NCBI GenBank assembly: GCA_013361065.1
Contig: JABWAK010000005.1
Coordinates: 1 to 53,360 of the forward strand
DNA length: 53,360 bases
From: Bacteroidota bacterium
GTDB lineage: Bacteria > Bacteroidota > Ignavibacteria > UBA10030 > UBA8401
Direction of reading: 5' to 3'
Shown: piece by piece, positions 38,928-46,142 of the stretch
Layout of the letters: each line of letters begins with the position of its first letter
Numbering within the stretch: the stretch's first letter is position 1
Translations under genes and position numbers: made by a program
The notes under the pieces: model-generated
Seen by the model: the letters and a program-made list of their open reading frames with translations, nothing else
What the model was told of the DNA's origin: nothing
The model's database searches: none

Positions 38928-40352
38928 TTATTTCTTGAACCCGACCCTGGTCATCACACCCCAGCTCTGCACACCGCGTGCATAGTCCCAGAATGCTTTC
39001 ATGCGCCACCAGACAGTGATCTGCCGGTACCCGAAGTTCTCCACCACCGCCAGCACCAGCAGTTTCACCAGGTCCCGCGTGCGGGGGTACCGGTGGAACG
39101 AGATCTCCTCCAGGATGACAGAACTGACGGAGAACATCACGCCGTAGATCACCGAGACGATGAAGAAGAGCAGGAAGATCTCCAGATTGACCATCCCGAG
39201 ATAGTATCCGAAGCCGACCGCCAGGTACCCCATCGCCTCGATCACCGGTCCGAGCAGTTCGATGAAGACGAAATACGGTACGCTGACCAGTCCGAGCACT
39301 TTGTACCGTTTGTTGAAGAGCATCTTCCGGTGGATCAGCAGTGTGTCCAGCAATCCGCGGTGCCAACGGTTCCGCTGCCGCCCGAGCACTTTCAGCGTCT
39401 CCGGCGCTTCGGTCCAGCAGACCGGGTCCGGGACGAACTCCACACGGTACGGGATATTGTTCTCCAGGCAATGCCGGTGCATCCGCACCACCAGTTCCAT
39501 ATCCTCGCCGACCGTATCATGTTTGTACCCGCCGACCTGCAGCACCAGGTCCCGTTTGAAGAGTCCGAAGGCACCGGAGATGATCAGCAGTCCATTGATG
39601 GCACCCCACCCCATCCGTCCGGACAGGTACGCGCGGTAGTACTCGATCACCTGGAACGACGGCACCAGTTTGTTAGAGAGACGCACCTCCGAGACGCGGC
39701 CCCGTTCGATCTTGCAGCCATTGGCGATCCGCACGATGCCGCCCACGGCCACCACACGGTCGTCATCCAGGAACGGTTTCGCCACTTTGATGAGCGCGTC
39801 ATCCTCCAGAATGGAATCGGCATCGATGGCACAGATCAGTTCGTACCGGGAGACGTTGATCCCCACGTTCAGCGCATCCGCCTTGCCGCCGTTCTGTTTG
39901 TCCACCACGATCAGCTTTCGGTACTCCGGTTTCCTGGAGACGTAGATGCCGCGCACCGGCTTCGTGGCGATGACCGGTACGTAGACCCGTTCCGTCCGCA
40001 CCAGATCGAACTCCCGGATGACTACATCGAGCGTATCATCCTTGCTGCCGTCGTTGATGAACACCACTTCGGCGGTCGGGTAATTCAATTTGAGGAGCGA
40101 GTTGACGCTCTCGATGCAGGTCGCGGATTCATTGTAGGCCGGGGCCAGGATGGAGACGGCCGGGGTCAGTTCGGACTGCACGATGACCCGGTAATCGCAG
40201 AACATATGCCGGCGCAGATAGGTCAGGATGGCGCCGAACGAGATCGTGTACATGGAGAAGTAGAACACGTTCACGAAGATGAAGAAGCCGATGATGAACA
40301 CGGCATACGTGGAGAGGATGGAATCGCTGAATCCGGTCATGAACTCCATCAT
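38928..40352 (-). CDS. Processive membrane GT2 glycosyltransferase (PgaC/IcaA/NodC-like synthase)
   Basis: PAYNE, NDGSKD, NGGKADALN, DADS, QVIEY, SGAFG, GEDMEL, QRNRW; N- and C-terminal TMs. Confidence 0.92.
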   Translation of the reverse strand: MMEFMTGFSDSILSTYAVFIIGFFIFVNVFYFSMYTISFGAILTYLRRHMFCDYRVIVQSELTPAVSILAPAYNESATCIESVNSLLKLNYPTAEVVFINDGSKDDTLDVVIREFDLVRTERVYVPVIATKPVRGIYVSRKPEYRKLIVVDKQNGGKADALNVGINVSRYELICAIDADSILEDDALIKVAKPFLDDDRVVAVGGIVRIANGCKIERGRVSEVRLSNKLVPSFQVIEYYRAYLSGRMGWGAINGLLIISGAFGLFKRDLVLQVGGYKHDTVGEDMELVVRMHRHCLENNIPYRVEFVPDPVCWTEAPETLKVLGRQRNRWHRGLLDTLLIHRKMLFNKRYKVLGLVSVPYFVFIELLGPVIEAMGYLAVGFGYYLGMVNLEIFLLFFIVSVIYGVMFSVSSVILEEISFHRYPRTRDLVKLLVLAVVENFGYRQITVWWRMKAFWDYARGVQSWGVMTRVGFKK

Positions 40353-41578
40353 AGCAGCCCCCCGTCCTCTTCCCGCGGTGCATGCACGTCCACTCCCGCT
40401 TCATGCAGGTATTGCATCGCCACTTTCCGTACATCCTCATTCCCGAGGTCCATCGCATACCGGAGGCTCTTGAGACCCATCTCACCGGACCGTGAGAGCG
40501 CTTCCCCGGCCGCCAATTTCACATTCATCGTATCCTTCACCAGCATCCAGTGCAGCGAATAGGCGAGCGACGGGGACGACATGGCGCCCGCTGCCCGGGC
40601 AGCATCGATCCGGAGCCGTTCATCGTCGGAATCCAGGAACCGTTTGATCACCGGAACGCTCCGGTCATCACCGAGCCGTCCGAGAGCGACGAGACTCTTG
40701 TGCTTCACCTCCGGCACGGTATAATCGATGTATTCCAGCAGCGTCGGCACCGCCTTCACATCGCCCAGAATGCCGAGCATCTCTGCACAGAACCCCTGCA
40801 CCACCGGATATTCGGACCGCATCCCATGCACGAGCGGTTCCACAGCGTGCTCGCCGTACCGAAGGATGGAACGCGAGAGACGCACTTGCATCCATAACGA
40901 CATCCCCTGCAGCCGCATCAGGATCGGAGCGATGATCTCCACTCCGGCGATGTCCAGCATCGCCTGCGCTGCTTCGATCCGGACATCATCATTCTCATCA
41001 TCCAGGCAGCGTTCCAGGTGCGGCAGGGCCGCTTCGTTGAGCATCAGTCCGGCGTTCTTGCATCCTTTCGCCCGGACCCACCACCGATGGTCATCCAGTG
41101 TGCGCACGGTCTCATCGACGAAGCCGAAGTACTCGAACGCCCGCGTCAGACGGATGCGGGTCTCGCCGATCACCTCGCTGGTCAATTGGAGCATCACGCG
41201 TTTCAGCGACCGGCGGCGGGCATGACGGCGGGCGAACGGATCGATATCGAGTTCGATCTTCAGCGCGATCAGCAGCGGCTCCAGTTGCGTGATGAAAGCG
41301 TTCCGGTCCTCGGCGGGATCCGCCGTCGGAATGTCGGAGAAGAGGTAGGCATTCAATGCCTGACGGGTACGGGCATCATGCGATCCGCGGGTCGATTCCA
41401 CGGTCGATTCCCGTACTTTGGCCACGATCAGACCGATCGATCCAATGGCGATCAGAAAGAGCGCGAAGAACGTCGTGACAAGTACAAAGAGGAAGAAGAT
41501 AGCGGTCTCTCCTGCGTGGTTACGGTACGGGGGACGGTCTGTACGCCAATGACCGGTCGGTCGCCCGCCGGAAGACAT
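40349..41578 (-). CDS. Membrane-anchored HEAT-repeat protein (start uncertain)
   Basis: One N-terminal TM; repeats WWVRAKG, DVRIEAAQAM, EVKHKSLVALGRLG, RLRIDAARAAG; ATGA overlap with the GT2 gene. Confidence 0.85.
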   Translation of the reverse strand: MSSGGRPTGHWRTDRPPYRNHAGETAIFFLFVLVTTFFALFLIAIGSIGLIVAKVRESTVESTRGSHDARTRQALNAYLFSDIPTADPAEDRNAFITQLEPLLIALKIELDIDPFARRHARRRSLKRVMLQLTSEVIGETRIRLTRAFEYFGFVDETVRTLDDHRWWVRAKGCKNAGLMLNEAALPHLERCLDDENDDVRIEAAQAMLDIAGVEIIAPILMRLQGMSLWMQVRLSRSILRYGEHAVEPLVHGMRSEYPVVQGFCAEMLGILGDVKAVPTLLEYIDYTVPEVKHKSLVALGRLGDDRSVPVIKRFLDSDDERLRIDAARAAGAMSSPSLAYSLHWMLVKDTMNVKLAAGEALSRSGEMGLKSLRYAMDLGNEDVRKVAMQYLHEAGVDVHAPREEDGGLL

Positions 41579-42710
41579 TCTCCATCATCGGCAGGTAGAA
41601 CTTCCAGAAGAATCTTGTCTGATCGGACACGAAATAGAACGAGAAGAGCTTCGTCAGCAGGAATTCCACATTCCAGTACTGGGTCAGCATCGTCTCCACT
41701 CTGTTATCCACGAAATCACCGCCGAAGTACAGTTTCCGGCCGGCATCGGTGGAGACCACGGCCGGGAACCGCACCGGCAGACCGGCGGCATCCATCTTCT
41801 CCCGGCCGCTCTTCGTGCATTCGATCTCATACTCAGCGATCACCTGCGAAGTACTGTCCGCCGTGAGGAATTCGAAGAAATAATAGTACGGCACTTCATC
41901 CTCCGTTCCCTGCAGCAGAGGGTCGGCAGAGGTCCGGATGAAGACCGGCGTGTGCGCAAGGTCTCCGGCATCCAGCACCACCACCTCGGTCTTGTCATCC
42001 CCGCTCGTCCGGTCCACGATGATAATGATACCGCGGCCGGAGAAATCCCACTTGGCAAGGTACCGGCGTTCGTACAGGTCCTTCATCCACCGGGCGGCGG
42101 AGTTGAGATCATCGTAGTACCGTCCTAATGCACCGGTGTAATGCACACCGAACATCCGTTCCAGCCGGCGTTGGGTGCGCCAGTCATCCAGCTGCGGGTC
42201 CTGCAGGGTATTGAACTCCGCAATGCTCATCCTGCCGAGCGAATCGAACGATTCGATCGCATCCATTTCCTGTGCACTCAAACCGCCGTACTCGAACTGG
42301 ATCGGGATGTAGTGGTCGGGCAGTAACCGCTCGTAACTGTCATAATTCATGGGATACCGGTACACACCGTACGTATCGGCGATGTACAGCAGGTCCGCCT
42401 TGTTCAACTGCAGGGCCTCCACCGGACTGAACGAACTGTCCGCAGGATCGTAGCCGTAGAAATCCTTCGTTGCGTCGTAATAGGTTCCGGTGACAGGATC
42501 GACGTACTTCCAATGGGTGAGCAGCCAGAACAGGGAGCGGTGCTCACGGTAATCGTCCGCGGTCGTCTTATCGATCAGGAACAGGGAGAGGGGGCGGGTC
42601 GGGAGTATGGACCAGTAGGCGAACGGAAGTACGAAGACGATGAACAACAGAAGGGCGATGACAAGGAAGATCTTATGAGTATAGAGGAACCGCTTCTGTG
42701 AACGTAGCAT
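41520..42710 (-). CDS. Hypothetical protein with one N-terminal TM and a large extracytoplasmic domain
   Basis: IDKT...YREHRSLFW, DFYGY, YIADTYGVY, AEFNT, FPAV, YFGGDF, FFWKFYLPM; sits between the receiver and HEAT genes. Confidence 0.75.
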   Translation of the reverse strand: MLRSQKRFLYTHKIFLVIALLLFIVFVLPFAYWSILPTRPLSLFLIDKTTADDYREHRSLFWLLTHWKYVDPVTGTYYDATKDFYGYDPADSSFSPVEALQLNKADLLYIADTYGVYRYPMNYDSYERLLPDHYIPIQFEYGGLSAQEMDAIESFDSLGRMSIAEFNTLQDPQLDDWRTQRRLERMFGVHYTGALGRYYDDLNSAARWMKDLYERRYLAKWDFSGRGIIIIVDRTSGDDKTEVVVLDAGDLAHTPVFIRTSADPLLQGTEDEVPYYYFFEFLTADSTSQVIAEYEIECTKSGREKMDAAGLPVRFPAVVSTDAGRKLYFGGDFVDNRVETMLTQYWNVEFLLTKLFSFYFVSDQTRFFWKFYLPMMENVFRRATDRSLAYRPSPVP

Positions 42711-42722
42711 GCGTCAATGGGT

Positions 42723-43100
42723 TCAGGTCTTGCGGCGGGCAAGCACGGTTTTGATCCGGACGATGAATTCCTGGGGACTGAACGGTTTCTTGATATAGTC
42801 CTCCACCCCCAGTTCGAACCCTTCAACGATCTCCTTCTCCAGCGTCCGTGATGTGAGCATCACGGTCGGTATGGAGCGGGTCTTGGGATCCTTCTTCAAT
42901 TCCATCACCAGTTCCTTCCCTCCCATGACCGGCATCATCACATCGGTCACGACCAGGTCCACACTGTTCTTCTGAAGGAAATCCAGCGCTTCTTTGCCAT
43001 TGCGTGCGTTGAAGACCTCAAAACCCGAGTTCTTCAGCTTGAAGGTCACCAATTGTTCGATATTGCTGTCGTCCTCGACGACGAGTATTCTATTTGCCAT
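42723..43100 (-). CDS. Single-domain response regulator (receiver only)
   Basis: ILVVEDD, TDVMMP (phospho-Asp), MLTS, YIKKPF; no output domain. Confidence 0.92.
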   Translation of the reverse strand: MANRILVVEDDSNIEQLVTFKLKNSGFEVFNARNGKEALDFLQKNSVDLVVTDVMMPVMGGKELVMELKKDPKTRSIPTVMLTSRTLEKEIVEGFELGVEDYIKKPFSPQEFIVRIKTVLARRKT

Positions 43101-43298
43101 TCTGGCAATAATATACAAAAAATAGCCTCAGAAGCGAAAGACCGGTCCGGGAGATTCTTTGCCCCGGTAGAACGCTCCACACCGTTTGCATGACCGGTAT
43201 CGGCCGGATGCGCACGATCGCGAACGGCATGGTCCGCGATCGCCGGCGTAAAGTGAAAAAGGATGTTTATATTGAGGATTTAATGTGGTATTTTGTTG

Positions 43299-43333
43299 TA
43301 ACGGACTGCAGTGATGGTCCGTTATTTTTTTTT
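43299..43333 (+). terminator. Hairpin plus T9 run just upstream of the 43351 gene
   Basis: TAACGGAC...GTCCGTTA followed by TTTTTTTTT, then AGGAG and ATG. Confidence 0.45.
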
Positions 43334-43350
43334 CCCAGTCAGGAGTATCA

Positions 43351-43935
43351 ATGAAAGCAGCATTCCGCGCCCTGGTCCTTACCGTGCTGGTCATCGGTTC
43401 GATGCAGACCGCTATGGGTCAGCGCACCATCCGGATGAACATCGAACGGATCGTCTCCGACGCCGCCATCATCGTGCGCGGGACGGTCGTCAAGGTCGAA
43501 TCGGCAACAGATCCGGTCACCAACATCCTCTCCACCTTTGTCACCATTCAGGTGCAGCAGAACCTGTACGGTGCCCCGGAATCCATGATCACCCTCAAGA
43601 TGATCGGCGGTTCCAATAGCAAACGCACGCTCCGGTTCTCCGAGATGCCGCGGTACACCGCCGGTCAGGAGATCATCGGCCTGTTCTTCGCCCCCAGCAA
43701 ATCCGGCTTCACCAGCCCGGTTGGCATGGGCCAGGGCACCTTCACTGTGGTGAAGGACGCAGCATCCGATGCTCCGGTCGTACGGATCGGTGCGGATCAT
43801 CCGCAGCTCTTCGCCGGAATAAAACTGACCAAGACACTCGCACGCAGTTCCTGGCTGAACGGCGGCATGCAGACGATCGATGCGGACGAGTTCACACAGA
43901 CGCTCCGCAACCTCATCACTGAACTGAAGAAATGA
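43351..43935 (+). CDS. Exported hypothetical protein, OB-fold/prodomain-like, coupled to the downstream protease
   Basis: AGGAG RBS; signal peptide; AAIIVRGTVVKVES...VTIQVQQNLYG...MIGG...PRYTAGQEIIGLF...GMGQG; ATGA overlap. Confidence 0.75.
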   Translation: MKAAFRALVLTVLVIGSMQTAMGQRTIRMNIERIVSDAAIIVRGTVVKVESATDPVTNILSTFVTIQVQQNLYGAPESMITLKMIGGSNSKRTLRFSEMPRYTAGQEIIGLFFAPSKSGFTSPVGMGQGTFTVVKDAASDAPVVRIGADHPQLFAGIKLTKTLARSSWLNGGMQTIDADEFTQTLRNLITELKK

Positions 43936-46046
43936 CCATGACGATGAAACGATTCCTTACCCTTCTGGTATCACTCACCGCGGCGACCTCCATTGTGTTC
44001 GCCGGCGGACCATTGTATACGCTCAATAATAAAGCATACCGTTATCAGTCCAACGTGATCTCCTACAAGCTGGACCGCGGACCGCTCGGCGTCTTCAGCA
44101 GCACACAGGCACGCACCCTGGCGAACGAATGCTTCAAGGTCTGGCAGGATGTCGCCACCTCGAACGTCTCGTTCGCCCACACGGATGCCGACACGCTGCC
44201 GGTGGATGTGAACGGCACCAATTTCCTCAGCTATACCACGCTGACCGACTTCAAGTACGACGGCATCAACCCGATCATCTTCGACAGTGACGGTGCCATC
44301 ACCGACGAATTGTTCGGTGTCGGCGCTTCCGAGAGCGTCATCGGTTTCGCCGGCTCCGGCGATTCGGACAACGACGGGGATTATGACGAGGGCGAAGCGG
44401 TGATGAACGGCCTGTTCGCCGACGGCACCGCCAGCTCCTTCACCTACGATGAATGGAAGGCGACCTTCGTGCATGAGTTCGGGCATTTCCTTGGCCTGGA
44501 CCATACACAGATCGGTTCGGAGTTCATCAATAACTCCTCTCAGACCATCTATGTGCCGACCATGTACCCCTTCGCGACCGTCAACGATGTGCCGCTCGGC
44601 GCATTGAACCCGGATGATATCGCCGCCATCTCCACACTCTATCCTGAAGCAGGGTACGCTGCTACAGTCGGTTCCATTTCCGGTGCGGTCACGCGCGCCA
44701 ACGGCTCGGTTGTGCGCGGTGCGAATGTCGTCGCTATCAGCACCGGTGCCGACTCCCTGATGAACCGTATCTCCACCGTGACCGACTATTTCGAACAGAA
44801 CAACGGGAACTATACCATCTCCGGTCTCGCTCCCGGCTCCTATGTGGTCCGCGTGGAACCGATCGAAACGGATTTCATCGAAGGTTCGAGCGTCGGGCCC
44901 TATTCCTACGAAGCCACCGGACTCTCGTTCGTCAATCCGATCGCCGCGGAATACTATAATGGTGCGAATGAAGCGTCCGATCCGGCGGTGGATGATCCTG
45001 AGGCAAGGAGTGCGGTGACCGTGACTGCGGGAAACACGACCGGGAGCATCAATGTCATCGGGAATGCCCGTCCGGCCGGCGCTGCGCTGATCACGGAGGA
45101 TTTCGAGTTCACCGGTGCACTGGCGGATAATGGCTGGAGCGTTCACAGCGGCACCACCGCTCCCCTCACCACCACGGCAGGATTGACCTACACCGGATAT
45201 TCGAAGAATGCCGGGAATGCCGTTGCGGTCGGTAACGCCGGCGGCATCGATGTGAACAAAGGATTCGAGGAACAGAATGCGGACGGTACCACCATCTACT
45301 CCTCCCTGCTCATCCGTGTGACCGATGCAGCGTCGGATAAGACCGGGGATCATCTCTTCCATCTCGGGACGAGGACCGCTCCGGCTTCTTTCACGTCATT
45401 CTCTTCCCGTCTCTTCGTCCGGATCGTTGGCGGCGCTGTGAACTTCGGCGTCAGCAACACTTCCACTGTCGTCTACGGTACCACCAACTACTCCAAGAAT
45501 GTTACCTATCTCGCCGTGATCAAGTACACGATCAGCACTGCCGGCAATGATGATGTGCGGCTTTGGATCATCCCCTCCGGCGTCCCGGCAACGGAAGCAG
45601 CAGCCGGAGCGGCGACCGCCGTCAATTCGGCGACGGCAGGACAGAACCTCATCAACGCGGTCGGCATCCGTCAGGGAAGCGCAACGACCTCCGTCGCAGC
45701 GACCATCGACGGCATCATCATCGGCACCAACTGGCCGGCAGGACCGGTCAGTGTCCGCCGCGTCGATGCACCGGTGATTCCGGCTTCCGCAGAACTGACG
45801 CAGAACTATCCGAACCCGTTCAACCCCTCCACCCTGTTCCGCTTCTCGCTCCCCTCTGCGCAGCGAGCAGTGGTGCGTATCTTCGACATGCTCGGCAGGG
45901 AGGTCGCTGTGGCAGCGGAAGGGATGTTCGAAGCGGGGACGCACGAGGTCTCCTTCGACGGTTCGCGTCTCTCCAGCGGCAGCTATCTTTATACACTCGA
46001 GACCGGTAGCAACCGCATCGTCCGGCGGATGACGCTGGTGAAATAG
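43932..46046 (+). CDS. T9SS-secreted matrixin-like (metzincin) metalloprotease
   Basis: HEFGHFLGLDH (HExxHxxGxxH) plus TMYP Met-turn; carboxypeptidase-regulatory-like domain; QNYPNPFNP tail. Confidence 0.88.
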   Translation: MTMTMKRFLTLLVSLTAATSIVFAGGPLYTLNNKAYRYQSNVISYKLDRGPLGVFSSTQARTLANECFKVWQDVATSNVSFAHTDADTLPVDVNGTNFLSYTTLTDFKYDGINPIIFDSDGAITDELFGVGASESVIGFAGSGDSDNDGDYDEGEAVMNGLFADGTASSFTYDEWKATFVHEFGHFLGLDHTQIGSEFINNSSQTIYVPTMYPFATVNDVPLGALNPDDIAAISTLYPEAGYAATVGSISGAVTRANGSVVRGANVVAISTGADSLMNRISTVTDYFEQNNGNYTISGLAPGSYVVRVEPIETDFIEGSSVGPYSYEATGLSFVNPIAAEYYNGANEASDPAVDDPEARSAVTVTAGNTTGSINVIGNARPAGAALITEDFEFTGALADNGWSVHSGTTAPLTTTAGLTYTGYSKNAGNAVAVGNAGGIDVNKGFEEQNADGTTIYSSLLIRVTDAASDKTGDHLFHLGTRTAPASFTSFSSRLFVRIVGGAVNFGVSNTSTVVYGTTNYSKNVTYLAVIKYTISTAGNDDVRLWIIPSGVPATEAAAGAATAVNSATAGQNLINAVGIRQGSATTSVAATIDGIIIGTNWPAGPVSVRRVDAPVIPASAELTQNYPNPFNPSTLFRFSLPSAQRAVVRIFDMLGREVAVAAEGMFEAGTHEVSFDGSRLSSGSYLYTLETGSNRIVRRMTLVK

Positions 46047-46069
46047 ATCACCGCTCCACACGGGATACC

Positions 46070-46110
46070 GTACAACAAAAAAGGGCTGACGCAGCCCTTT
46101 TTTGTTGTAC
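46070..46110. terminator. Bidirectional intrinsic terminator
   Basis: Perfect 19-bp inverted repeat GTACAACAAAAAAGGGCTG-ACG-CAGCCCTTTTTTGTTGTAC between convergent genes. Confidence 0.9.
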
Positions 46111-46142
46111 TCTCCTCTGCTGCTGAAGTGCAGCCGTATCGG

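Noticed and set aside
35118-40352. Calling the GT2 operon pgaABCD or bcs
   Set aside because: No recognisable PgaB, PgaD, BcsB or PilZ domain; HEAT, LtaS-TPR and receiver genes are not part of those operons.
43128-43394. 88-aa minus-strand ORF upstream of the receiver gene
   Set aside because: Crosses an AT-rich promoter-like block and overlaps the divergent gene; no motifs or host-like codon usage.
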